From Phallusia mammillata (Eukaryota), in assembly GCA_965637545.1 (NCBI GenBank), contig OZ281499.1, positions 10,292,001 through 10,356,000 of the forward strand: a stretch of DNA of 64,000 nt, given 5' to 3'. Positions 51,301 to 64,000 of this stretch are shown here, in pieces. Every line of letters begins with the position of its first letter. The first letter of the stretch is position 1. Under the pieces are notes generated by a model that saw only the letters and a program-made list of their open reading frames with translations, was not told the origin of the DNA and did no database searches. The position numbers and the translations under genes were made by a program.

Positions 51301-54300
51301 CAAAGTGTAGGCCGTTCAAACACAAGCAGTATTTGTTTTGGTTTACATTTGTCTAACGTAAATTTTGATTTTAAGTTAAAAAATACCCAAAAACGAAAGA
51401 AAGAAGCTTCAAAAAGATTATCACAATAGCTTATGACAATAAAGCATTCTGTTTTTGTGCAAAAAGATAAATATGTATGGGTAAGCAGCCTACAACGCAG
51501 CTCCAGCAGAATATTAAAATCGTTTAATAATTCGCAACTGTGTTGTTCGCTAAAGTTTCAATTGGTTCCCTTCGCATTTTCGTCCGATGGTAATTTTAAC
51601 TTTTCCGCGTTGGAACATTGCGACAAGTGCCCCTTAATTGCGCTTAGATGGCCGACGTTGAGTGTTTGCACAGAGCGTGTACCGATTGTCTCCTGTTTCA
51701 AAACGAGTCACCGGTGTTGGGGGTACTGTGATGTCACGTGACGCTTTTGGGGTCCTTTAATATCAACGTTTGTCATATTCAACTATGACATAATCTTCTA
51801 ACAACAAATATGGTCCATACAATAAACTACTATAATGCTGGATAATTTTTTTGTGCTGGTAAATCTGTTTAATTACAAGCCACTGTCACTGATTTATTCA
51901 AACATGTGACACTAACCTCTTCAAACGAAAAAAATGGTAAAACTGCCCAAAACAAGTTTTAGACAAAATGTGGTTAATATATATGCATGCGTGTACTTAT
52001 ATTCAAAGTATGACTTTGTTTTAGACTACCCTGAGCTTTACCACTGAATCTTGCCCATAAAAAACAGCCTTTACTAAGCAACGTTAATTACAAAGCCGGC
52101 TTATACTGCATCGTAGATGCTGATTGTTATCGATCGCAAAAAACAAGGATTCGTTCTTGTCCGAATTGTAAACTACTTTAATTGTTTTTGAACAGTTGCA
52201 TTTAGTTTTTGGGCGAAACTCCATGTTTTGAATCGATATATACAAACTCTTTGATAAAAGTTGGCACATGCGAAGTCCAATTTCGCAAATCATAGGCTGT
52301 ACAAAGTTTTCAAGATTGATCAAGTAACGCGTAAATATTTCTTATTTCGCAACACTATATTAATAAGTATAGAAAACGCCTGTTTAATAAGTTTTGATAT
52401 AGTTTTGCAACAAGACTTTACTGAGCAGTTGCATCTAAAAAAGAAGGACGCCATTTTGTTTTTGAGGTAGCCTTGACACGTTATATGATGTCTCACATCT
52501 GCAGATTTTAAAGTACAATTAAAGTGTGAAGTCAAACTCAGTTCCGAATAACGATGTCAATTTGAACGAAATCGTATACTTCTCACAATTTACAAAAAAA
52601 ACGTTGGGGTCTTTTTTTGCTCATAGGTTCGTATGGTTGGGATAATTTCTTTATAGCACCATACCGTTTTACGATTCTACATTAGCTAACCACAAATCTC
52701 AAGCACCTACAATGGCTTGTTTGCCATTGCAATAAGGGCGAATATCAACACCATTGATTGATTATGTAGTGTTTTACAAATTTAGAAACCTTGCCTTAAA
52801 AATATTTAGGACCCCCTAAATTCGAACGAATGTAATTGTGTGAAAGTTGTACTTGAAAGTAACTGCCTTCCAAATACAAAAACAATTTTGATGTATAATT
52901 TGAAGTACAGTTTAAGCAAAATACGGTAAAAGTCGCAGAAACCTTAACTTAAACGCGTTTTCAAACACAGGAATATATTTCGTCATGATCAAGAGTCCAA
53001 AGTCCGCAATAGACTATACTTGCTGTTTTTGCTCATAGTTTACAATAAAGAACTTAGGCACTAGTAGGTTTTGATAGGGTAAAATAATTTGAATACGAAA
53101 GCAATTATTGCTACTTTTTGTAACATAAACCCCCACTTGTGTAAAGTTTTAACTTGACCTTGACCCCCTAACGGTTTTGTCCACTCTCGGCGCTGTGTAA
53201 GTGTGTATGATATAAATCAAACACCAATGCGCCCAACCATGCGTATTGGTGCATAAACGGATTTGATTGCTTGAAAACCGAATCGCGACAGTTCTAGTGC
53301 AATCCAACATCATGCCATCAACTGCCACTGACAGAATAGCGTAAGTGCACACGCAATCGCACATGCGTTCGCGGACGGGCACACACACGTAAGCGAGCGG
53401 CAGATGCGAGAGGCTGGTGCGGCCGGTAGCAGATGCGTTGTTGCGAGCTTATTTCGTTGGTTGAGGAGCCCCTTCATTCGCAAAGAGCGCGGAATTAAAG
53501 CCGAAACAAAGAGCGCGGTGGTCGCGGCTCTTGATTGGTACCATCCCTTTATGCCCGATTGTTCTGTAGTAAAACATCAGAGGACAGATTGCGGCTTGTC
53601 ACAGGTTCTGTAATGAAGACATTTGAGAAATGAAAATGCCCACCTTTTTAATCTTTGACTTGCTACAGATATGTCATAAAATGGCGTAAAGAATATTTAA
53701 TAAACTATAGTAAGACTGATAAATCATGGAAATGATGAGCAATTTTATTTCAAAACATCTAATTTGCAGATACGATTGAAGTGTATAACAACGAAAAGGG
53801 GTAAAAGTGCTTATGTGATAAAAACTATTTAATATCGGCTTTATTTCGAAAGAAACAAATCATCAACTTAATTACTTTAATAGGTACAAGTGTTCCGCCT
53901 AGGTGACAGGGCTGGTGTTTTATATTCGACAAAATGTTTACATATCTTTCAATAATCAAAAAGTAAATACAATGTGATGCTTCCCTATAATAGCAAAATG
54001 ACACCCATAAAATTGCAAAATGTTCGTACAGCATACGAGGTTCATACACCATAATATTTTTAAATACGATTACTGTTTTCAAAACCGCCAATGTTTATCA
54101 AAGATACACAGCGAAATATAGGTCGCATAATTACCATTGGAGCGCACATGTCATCCCCATCTGTCTGCGAAAGACAACCAAACAAAAGCGGTTGATTGTA
54201 AGGGTCACACGCCGCGAGTTGATACGCGGTCAAGATCTATTTATCAAAATCTAAAAGCGCTTTGAAATGTTCAAAAACGAATTACAATTCCTCATGACAT

Positions 54301-57300
54301 CATTAGTAATGCAGGGCCCGTACTGCATTAGCAAATAGAAGTGCACGTCCTTCTTCGCAATATACCTTGTACAAAAAGCAAAAACACAATCAACCTTTCT
54401 TTTCAGTTTGGATATAAAATCACGCAAGTACTATATTTTAGACACGATTCTTAAAGCCCGAGCGATTATCAGCAAAAAGGCTCAGCAATTTTTATTTATT
54501 TGATTATGACACAAGTTTAGCAAAGATCAGGTCTCCGTTTAGTGAACATATTTGTTATTTACATAGTTTGTCTGGATCATTTGCCTTTTAGTGATTTCCA
54601 CAGGGTGACGCTATACCCATAAAACAGCAACGCATAAACGTATCACCGCAGACTGCGGCTTAGAATGCAGAAGCTTTGTTCAGGCAAAGGTGAATCTGCT
54701 ACCGGGTCTGCTTGCGGCACGTCTTGCAGGATTGCGCCACGCCTTTTCCGATGATTTTTCGTAGCCGTATTTTCGTTCATTCCCGTCTGCTGCTCGGGTA
54801 CAGACCACTAACAAGGCCCGAGGTCCCGAGCGACGCGAGGCACATGCCGAGAGCGGGCTTTCACCGCATTTCTTACTCTCCTATTTTCGGTTAAGTCCCG
54901 ACGGTCGAGGCTTTGCGCGTCGTTGTGCCATTCCTCTTCTTCACAAGGGGACAGCGTGGATGGGCGCTCGCGCTTTTCTCATGGTGGCAATATCGCATGT
55001 GGGTAAAATGATTTGCAGGCCATGCGCCTTCGGGATTTTCGGTAATTGCTAACTGGATGAACACACGCGGTTGGGTTAAAATTTGTGCAGCTAGCCGCTT
55101 TTCTATAGCCGGTTGACGAGCGGTGGCGTTGATGGCTGAGTGCGCTAATGCCCGCGCAAATCAAATTTACAAGATGTTGGCGTTTCGACTCAGGTCGCGG
55201 CGTTGAGAGACCGCCGGAATTGAGCGCGAAAAATAGCTTTTCAATCACTGCTGCGTGCGCTTATAGGCCGCGCGTAATTGAATTCCAGCGCCTTACAAGC
55301 GCGAAGAGCGACATAGCACCGCATTAAAGTGGAACTTTGAACTTGGCCAAGCGCGGGACCGAAAATCCCATGCACCAAAATTCGTCGTTTTTATCGTGCG
55401 ACGATTTATCGGTTGCTCAATCGGCAGCGTAAACTACGCTTAACTATATTTATCGCGACCTGCATGCCCCACCTGTCCGCTCACGTCAGACATAGTCCGC
55501 TAAAGGCCAAAGTGGCTTTCTCGACGCGTTTTCTACTGATTTTTCGGCACCTTTATTCAATTTTCGCGATGTATAACATCTCAAAACCGCAAGCGGTCGC
55601 CCGTGATTCGATTAGGACGAAGGGCGGGACGACGGTTCATGCAAGGCTCCATGCCTCCATCCCGAGTCAGTGCAATAACGCAAGCGCAGTCAAGGCGCGC
55701 GAGTGAGCCCGCCTGTCGGCCGCGAACAAAAATATTATTGAAAATAGCCAACGGAAAAATTTGCTAAAACATGGTCGTCTCGCTAAGGAATTGATAATGT
55801 CGGCAGTGATCTAATAGCGGGGAGGTAAATTCGAGGCCGGATTATAAAGGAAATTTGGCATGGTCGGGGACGCCATCGATTCTTTGCGGCGACCTTGGTA
55901 ATCAGATCACTGCTAGATGAAAATGGGGGCCAAAAAATATATACCTATACCCATCCATAGTTTCACGCTCTTTGCTTGGCTTGGTATGGCTATTATCACA
56001 GTCTCGGTCTTTCCGCCCAGGCCGCAACGGTTGCGTGTTAAATTGATTGACGATTTTTTGCTCTCTGTTATGCTGCGTACTTAACGATCGCCAATTCAGG
56101 TGTTTTTGAAGTTACGATTAAAAATGCACCGTTTAGGTACGTCATTAAGCATTTTAGCGTGTTTTAGAACTACTATTTAAATATATCAACAGAGATATAT
56201 GTATTTTACACCAACTACTTCATTTAAATTAAAAACATGAATTATTGCATTTAGGCATTTTACAAACCATACACATATCCCCCACAGTTATGCTTCGGAC
56301 ATTTAATTCTTTACCCAGCCGGTTCTAAATTTGTCCTTTTTGTTCGTTTGCCGTCCGTCGTTTTGCACTAATTCAATTTACGCGAAAGAGCTTTTAGGCT
56401 GGATGCTACAATCTCTTGCCGTTCAACTCGCGTGCACTTGCGAAGTTTTTGTTTATGCACCGACGTGCGGTTTTTTTAAAAGACGTCCAACGTCTTGTTA
56501 AGCAATGTTTTCTATTGTGCGTCATGTCCCTAATGGACTTGTAAGCTTGATATAAAACATTAGAAAACAACAACTTTGTTTAGATCAACAAAACTACTTT
56601 GTTTTAGATCATACAAAGTTAATTGTGTTTAGTGATGGTTTATTTGCCATGTTGCAAAAAATATAAATATATTTATTCATTTGATTTGCATTAACATTTC
56701 TAAACCCGATATAAAAGGTTTTAACCCATTAAGTTTACACGCATTTTGCTCATGCATATGCTGTGAAGTAAACACTTTACAGAATGCATCAGTCTGTATT
56801 GTGTTTTGTTATTGTTTATACCTGGCTTTGTATTTAAAATTGATCGTTAAACGTTTCGTTTTTTTTCTGCAGCTTGCAAACGAAAGGAGGATGACAAACC
56901 ATGCGACAGTCAAAACCCAGCACCAAAGAAGCCACGTTTGGTATTCACAGATCTTCAGCGCAGAACGCTTCACGCAATCTTCAAAGACAGCAAGCGACCC
57001 TCAAAGGAGATGCAGGTAACCACTTGTAACTTTTTCTAAAACAAATAGCTTGTACGGCGTTGACTAAAAGAAAGATTAAATGAAACTGGAATGGATCAAT
57101 GAAACCAATTAAGTTGATTCAAAGTTAAAACAAACTTACGGTCTAGCTGCAGTCATGAATCACCAATCAATGCCCTTAACTGTTTTGCGCTCTACAACGT
57201 TGTGCAGCTATTTCCGGCTTGTTGGTTATTTTAGTGCTTTTGTGTCACTATGTTTTCTTTCACCAAGCGAAATATACTCAACTCAATGCAACTGCACTCA

Positions 57301-57853
57301 AATCTAACAGTGTGAATAAAGAACTATTTGAAACCTTTATTTTATTTTATGCATATTTAGTTGGTTACACAAAATAATAGGTTAAATTTAAATTAAAGTA
57401 AAACTGTTTGGTTTTTAGGTTCAAATCGCTCAACAACTCGGCCTAGAAGTAACCACCGTCAGCAATTTCTTTATGAACGCCCGCAGAAGAAGTCTGGACA
57501 AGTGGCAAGACGACGAATCGTGCAAAGAAAACTCGTCCCTAAGTCCCGGATCGGATCATCCATCCAACCAGCATGGCCAGCCAGGAGGATTTGATCATCC
57601 TGGAGCACATGATCCACGTTCCTCTTACTCCAACGCCGGAGATCACCTAATGTCCTCCGGAACACATCTCTCCTTCCCTTCCTCGCATCATCTTCATCAT
57701 CACAACCTCCAGCAACAGCAACAGAATTTGGTACAGGCAAATCCTATGTTAGGTTCAGCACACCTTGCATCATCAGGTCTGATCCACTCGTATCAAGCAA
57801 AACAGCAGCTTCTCTGCTCAGACCTCCAGCAGCCGCATGCCTCACCGCGATAA
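45395..57853 (+). CDS. Onecut: Onecut (HNF6-class CUT-homeodomain transcription factor)
   Basis: Exons 45395 (first ATG; the ORF is open from an acceptor at 45341)-47144, 56873-57015 and 57419-57853. Poly-His tract, TP box YATLTPLQPLPPIGTV, CUT domain EEVNTKEVA...FQRMSSLRLA nearly identical to HNF6, and homeodomain KKPRLVFTDLQRRTLHAIFK...SNFFMNARRRSLDKW with the Onecut-specific F48/M50. The start codon is uncertain. Confidence 0.96.
54640..55960. promoter_or_regulatory. Long CpG-rich block in Onecut intron 1 (candidate intronic enhancer)
   Basis: Sustained high CpG content without a coherent ORF or repeat termini. Confidence 0.35.
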
Positions 57854-59598
57854 TCCACAAACAGCCACAAAGGCTCGTAAATCAATTATTAAGATTCGTT
57901 CTAATAGTGAGAAATGGACCACAGAACTTACGGAATTTCCAAGCGTATAGTTTTGGCGCTCATTATGTTCAAATGGTGCTTGCATAAATGGTTATTGTGA
58001 TGCACAACATTCCCTTGTGTACAACTGAGATTATGTTTCAATTTTGTTTTACTGCACACAACGCGTCTGTATATAGCGGAGCACACACCGGTGTTACCGG
58101 GGCACCTTTGTAACTTATATGTATTTATATTGTTACCTTTCCCATACCATCATCTTATTCTATACACCTGGCAAGTTCCGCCCGGAAGAGGTGATTCGGT
58201 GCATCATCTTAATTTACAGCGTTTCTGAACTTTTAGCGAAATTGTGCTATTACTTGGCGACTTAAAAGCGTTCCTATATGTTTGTTTTTCTTACCCTTCC
58301 GTTTTGTTGTTCTTCAACCAAAGATGATTGTACTGCACGTGTATGTAAGTCGATGTCATTTACTGATGACGTCACTAGTTGTTGATGACGTTACCGCTAT
58401 ATGAGGGAAACCCCTATTCATTTCTTCATACAACTAATTTTGTTTGTATTGTCAAATGGCTGACTGCTGCATTAAGACAATCGTAATAACCGCTGTCTGC
58501 TTACATATAAACTTATATAATTGCACACCATTCTACCTCGCCAAGATTTCCGCACGAGCTGAGCGAAAATCATAGCTGTTATCTGTAATGCTGACAACAG
58601 TATGTAATGCAGAAAATAACAACAAACAAACAACTATTTTATAACTTCTCAATCTTGTTTACTAACCTGTTCTTCGCATTTTCCTTATTAAGGCCTGTCA
58701 TGGTCTGACATTTGACATTGTTACACTTCCGTACTTCTCGACAACTGTGAACGTTTCTTCTCATATATACATATCTATGTGTGTGCTCATTTGTTCTTAT
58801 GTTCTCACTTCTCGCCCACGTTTCTCTCGTTTTCATAATCGTCAATCGACCATATATTTCCAAGTTTTAGCAAAGCTTTGAACTAACATGTGTGCAATGC
58901 CATATCTAACTGGTCGAATTGTCCAATTTGTCGATAGCGCTACCACTGTCATCTTTCCCCTGTTTCTTTTGATTCAATGCTTGCTTTAGAATTCGCACTA
59001 TAGGTAAAGCAACGCACTCTTAACGGGTAACTAAAATTTTTGTTTTTTCCGTTAGGTGGCGAAGTGAGTACGTGTTTTTTCTTCAATTGCTTCCAGTATT
59101 TTCGTTTATGGCGTGTTGACATTTTTTTAATTCACCACTGGTCTTCATTAAATTCAACACGCTTAGTTGTTTTTGTTTCTGATTACAGAGAGGCATAGGA
59201 AGTTTTGGTAGTTTTATTATTAACTGAAAGTTTAGTTTGTATTTGCTTTAACCCTCGTTTGGAGCTCAATTTTCAATTGACTTGAGATAAATGTAGGTAG
59301 GACCGGCCGTTAACAATTATTATTTGTGTACTATTTAAGTGTTACAACACTATGTTCATCAAATGGTTTAACTTTTTGTTTTGATGCACATGCAAATTCT
59401 AAATGTCCTTTATGCCACTCCAATTTGGATTGTATTCCGTTTATTAGCAAATCATCTTCAAACGATTTTCAATTGCGGTTACAGATCGTACACGATTACG
59501 TAAAAAACTGTAAAACCCGCACAACGAATTTCAAATTAATTTCTGTCATGTTAACATGCTGTCGAACTTCCAAAAATGTTTGGCATCGAACATACAAC

Positions 59599-62500
59599 TT
59601 ACACAAGGTCTATACCAATGATGTGCGAAAGGAGGCTCATAACGAAGAGAACAAGGGACACCATTAGACCTCCCTTAGAATACACAAGACAACCAACGCC
59701 ACAACGAGCGGACTCGGGTGCAATTCCCACAGCACAGGCAATCTGCTTTTGGAAGCACAAGCCTCCAGAGCCAAAGTAGTCATCATTACATTCACAGGAA
59801 TAGTTTCCAGCACTTTGGACGCAGGTCGAATGCTCTGGACAGTCAATGTCATCTGCACATTGCTCTTCTGGTGTTGCGCAGCCAAAGGCAGTCATCTGCT
59901 TGTCCTCAGAACATAGGCATTTGTAGCTTCCATCTTGGTTCTCACAGATTGCACCCAGTTGATCACAGACGGACCCTCCCTCCAGACATTCATCCACGTC
60001 TTCACAGACGTCGTTGTTGAGCTGATAGCCGCTTGGGCAAATGCAGTGGTGACTTCCTTCACTGTTGATGCAGAACATGTGGCCATCGCTACATGGGCTT
60101 GTGGTAGCTTTGCACTCGTCGATATCAATACACGCGCCCAGTGCCTGATCCCATAGATAGCCTTCGGGACAACTGCAATCGTAGCTTCCCTCCTTGTTGG
60201 TACAAATAGCTACGCCTGGGCAACGGTGGTTGACCTGCGAACATTCATCGACATCAACGCAGGCATCTCCCTCCAAGGTGTAACCCGTTTCGCATGTACA
60301 CTCAAATGAGCCGGGATTGTTGGTGCAGGCTGAGTTGTCTGGGCATGCTGTAAGTTAATAAACAACGTTGCTGCACGATTATCAAATTGAGTGCGTGCAA
60401 GCAAAGCTTAACGAGGTAAAAAAAGTAAACAAACTGTATTTTATGGGCATAAAAAAACAGTAAATAAAAATTACTGGTGCATGCTTATATAGTTCAATAA
60501 GTCAAATTACGGCCCATTAAAGTCTTGTTATATCTAATCAGCCGGCCACCTAGCATTCCACCTAGTTCGGTAAAATATTTTTTTGCATAAACGAGATTAA
60601 AATATGTTCGAGCGAATTTGAACACAAAATTGACATACCTAAAGAATTTTAATGAGGCCAGAAACATATTACTGACGCCAAATGAACCGAATAAGAGAGT
60701 CCGCCAAAAGCATTTTCGTGCACCGACCAGTGGCGTACTGATTTACAGTGAGATTTAAAACATGGAATATCTAACGCAGGCAATTTTTCTGACCCATTTT
60801 TGTTCGAAGAAAGTATAAAAAAAACTAATAAAAAAAACTACTTAACTGAAAGATTAATTTATAAGTGGTTTATTGCAGCATGGGGTAATATTAAATAAAA
60901 ACACAGGGTGTTCTTACGTGAAGTGTCACATTCGTTGATATCGGTGCATGATTTTCCGTCACCGCTGAAACCTGAGTTGCAAGTGCACGTATAGGACCCA
61001 ACGGTGTCTTCGCACATTGCATTGCTATCACAGTCTAAAAACGAACAGTAATTACATTTTAGGTTATTATGGAAAATGTAACTTTGCATCAGGTGTTTAA
61101 TATGTTTTAAAATGTAGGAACGCGCTGATGAAAAGGTCAACTAATTCCGGTTAAAATCATTTTCTTTGTGGTAAGTTGAACATTTGGAAGGATTTATAAT
61201 GAGAACATTGGGATTGTAAATGATAAAGATTTGCTATTTTTTATCTTTTACTTATAGAAATAACAGTAAAGTTCAAAGTACAGATATTTTATATCCGTTT
61301 GAAATATTGTTTTCGTAACATTTGACAGAAGTGTAAATACAATTATAGGCTATGTAAAAACTTGACATTAATTTTTTATAACTTATGTGCATTACATCGA
61401 AGGTCGACAACAGAAAACTAAAGAGCCGTAGTTAAAATCACCGACCTAAATCAATAGCGTAGCATTCGTCGACGTTGTCACAGTCAAAACCATTGCCTTT
61501 AAACCCAGCGTTGCAAGCACAGGCGTAGCTGCCGTCGTTGTTGGTACATGTGGCATGGGCAGAGCAGGGTTGACTGTTGCATTCGTTTACATCAGTGCAT
61601 TCTTGAGATGTACTCATGTTGTAACCTCCCACACATTCGCAACGGTAACTTCCTGCAAAATTATCATATGAGTGAGAAATGTTTTTTCTTGTTGGTACTG
61701 GCTAAATAAAATTATGTTCTTGTTAATGTTAAGATAAACATAAATTCATAACTAGGATCAGCCATGAAGCGTCTACAGACTCTATGCCAGGGGCGGGCAA
61801 CATACGGCCCGCGGGCCGGATCCGGCCCGCGACGGGATTTTGAGCGGCCCGCAGACAGTTTCTGGTCTTACATGATAATGTGGCCCGCGGCCACAGTCTG
61901 CCGCAATCCCCCACTACTTGCTTACTAACTACGTCAAATTATAGTTGTAACGGACAGTAACGCTCCTCAATAGCAAAAAAAACTTTCCCGCCGTTGTTAC
62001 CATCGCACCATACGTCCATTGTTAGGACATAACTGCCAACCTTGTGTGGTTTCCTTTGTTTCCACACGTGTAGCCTAGTAGTGTTTCAGCAGTATCTAAG
62101 TCTGTGGTGTATGCATTAAATTTGCTGTGGTGAATAATTTTGTGTTATATCAGTTAGATTGTTTGGACTGTATTGTAATTGTGACGTTCTTGATTGTATT
62201 TGGTTTAGGTTTAGGTGGTCAAAACTCCGTTTTAAATCACTGGATATATACGCGATTAATGTATCGATTCAGGAACCCGGCCCGCCAAGTACTTCATTTT
62301 CCCATATCAGGCCCGCCGACGGGAGAAGTTGCCCGCCCCTGCTCTATGCAGACAAGCGATCACAGCACACTCATATGCAAATCACAGTACGCCAGGACTG
62401 GCTGATTCGGTATGGCGCCTGTAATTTGCCTGGCGTACTGTGGTTGTTGTTAATGATCAGAGTTATTAAAGGGTACACAAAACTGGTGGAAAATAAACGT

Positions 62501-63929
62501 TTTATTGCACACAGAGAAATATAACGGTCTATAGGTTTTCGTTGTAATTAAAAAAATAATCTGAAACCAGCAACTGGTTCACTGAAGAGATTAAAATACT
62601 GAATATTTGTTTTACATTTTTCAATAGCAAGTTTGTTTGTCTTCGGTTCTGATACACAAATCAAAAAGCTAATAAACTGAAGGTTGATTTCTGCTTTACA
62701 TCTAAGTTACATGTAACCGTTTGCTATTGCATATTATGACTTGACCCCATTATAGTCCTAAACAATAAAGGTAGCTTCCAGCTAACCTCCAAACTGTTTT
62801 AAGTAACTTGAATAATTATACACCTTGAGTGTTAATGCAGTTTGAATTGTCCGGGCAGTTTTGAGCCTGTTGACACTCGTCTTCATCCACACAGAGGCCA
62901 GGATCTGATTCAGTGTATCCTGTTCTGCAAGTACAGGTGAAACCTCCCTGGGTATTGCCGCAATCAGCAAAAGCTTGACATGGCGAATCTGAGGTGCATT
63001 CATCAATGTCTGTGCAAGCGTCTTCATTATATTCGTATCCTGAAACAAAAAGTTGAGAGTAAATAAACGGAACCGTTAGGCTGTAATACCATGTTGGTAA
63101 CCCCTTTCTAATAGATCTTTTTAAGAAAGCTTTGTACCTGTGTCACTTAGCTAGATAAATCCTGTAGCTAGATAAAAGTTGTGTAAAACAATAACGTTTT
63201 TTAGGGTTTACCGGATAATGTAAACCTGCTTGGTTAAGAAAGCTACACAAAATAGAAAGTGGGTTTAGGCCAACTTTATGTCCAACTTTGTAAATTACTT
63301 TAGCGTTTTTAAAACCTAATTTTCGGCGTTAGAGTAAAGTAGTAAGAATTCTAAATTCAGTTTTCAAATTGTCTAAATAAATTAGTTTTATTGCTTAACT
63401 GTTTTCATTTACTTTTTTGCTTTTTCTTACCATTGATACAGCCGCATTCATTTCCTAAACACAATTGGTTTTGGCCTTGACAAGTGTCCCCACACTTATC
63501 TGGAATCTTATTACAAGTTCCACTACCTGAGTCTTCGTAACCGTTCATGCAGGGACAAGTGTAACTACCCTATAAATGTAAAATATTATTACAAAGTATC
63601 ATAGTAAACTAACGGGACACGTGTAAGTTTCAGCTAAAACTATAAGGTTCAGTATAAATTTATGAAAATATATTAATCATTTCATATGTCTTGCAGTTAT
63701 TCTATTAGAATACCTCTGTGTTACTGCATATTTTGTTGTCCCCTGTGCAAGGATTGGTAAGACATTCGTTTACGTCAATACACTGAGTTCCATTGCTGTA
63801 CAAGCCCGGACCGCAATCACAGGCAAACCCGCCAACCGTGTTTTCGCAAGTTGAACCATCGTGACATGCTGGTTGCGCTGCCGAACACTCGTCTATATCC
63901 ACACACTTGTGGCGCTGTCCAAAATCTTT
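59599..63929 (-). CDS. Calcium-binding EGF-repeat (fibrillin/uromodulin-like) protein with GPI-signal-like C-terminus; 5' part lies outside the window
   Basis: Exons (minus strand) 63929-63714, 63569-63431, 63039-62824, 61652-61446, 61034-60918 and 60347-59599 join in frame. About a dozen D-I/V-D/N-E-C...C-x-N-x-x-G-S-Y/F-x-C-x-C modules. Ends in hydrophobic LMVSLVLFVMSLLSHIIGIDLV*. Confidence 0.9.
61729..62446. mobile_element. SINE-related composite element (same termini as 3804-3884) interrupted by a hAT MITE
   Basis: Ends TTAAGATAAACATAAATTCATAACT and CCTGGCGTACTGTGGT. 9-bp TSD TTGTTAATG at 61720-61728 and 62447-62455. Confidence 0.65.
61788..62341. mobile_element. Young hAT MITE
   Basis: Perfect TIR CAGGGGCGGGCAAC/GTTGCCCGCCCCTG and perfect TSD CTCTATGC at 61780-61787 and 62342-62349. 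Confidence 0.95.
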
Positions 63930-64000
63930 CTGCAAAAAATAGTAAATATAAAAGTTGCAGGGTGTCAGTATGGCAGTGGCAGAGTGGCAGGTTCACAGGG

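Noticed and set aside
58360-58400. CTGATGA hammerhead-like word in the Onecut 3' region
   Set aside because: No stem II or GAAA half follows; it is a TGACGTCA-type motif instead.
59576-60404. Several plus-strand and alternative-frame ORFs overlapping the EGF gene's last exon
   Set aside because: Antisense or out-of-frame shadows of the Cys-rich coding exon.

Overview
AT-rich, intron-containing animal genomic DNA, most likely an invertebrate chordate such as an ascidian (inferred from gene families, intron sizes and repeat types; not confirmed). Five protein-coding loci were reconstructed by hand from splice signals and reading-frame continuity. (1) A heparan-sulfate 3-O-sulfotransferase-like gene (+, 5 exons, 5837-9721), with a decayed genomic partial duplicate at about 16.3-17.5 kb. 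(2) An UNC-93-like MFS membrane protein (+, 9 exons, 20161-25089). (3) A divergent NR5A/FTZ-F1 nuclear receptor (-, 9 exons, 32147-26165) that needs a GC-AG intron. (4) Onecut/HNF6 (+, 3 coding exons, 9.7-kb first intron, 45395-57853), head-to-head with NR5A. (5) The 3' part of a calcium-binding EGF-repeat protein ending in a GPI-signal-like tail (-, runs off the window end). The 0-38 kb region and the EGF gene introns carry many non-autonomous elements: hAT MITEs with nnnTAnnn target duplications, tRNA-derived SINE pieces, a 1.4-kb foldback and two Penelope-type minimal hammerhead-ribozyme relics. In contrast, I recognised no such elements in about 21 kb around Onecut, which instead has CpG-rich non-coding blocks. 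No CRISPR arrays, rRNA or intact tRNA genes were found. I did not find a clear-cut new biological system. The best leads are the hammerhead relics (one next to a candidate polyA signal of the UNC-93-like gene), the active-site-divergent sulfotransferase, the NR5A-Onecut regulatory domain and a locally templated insertion.
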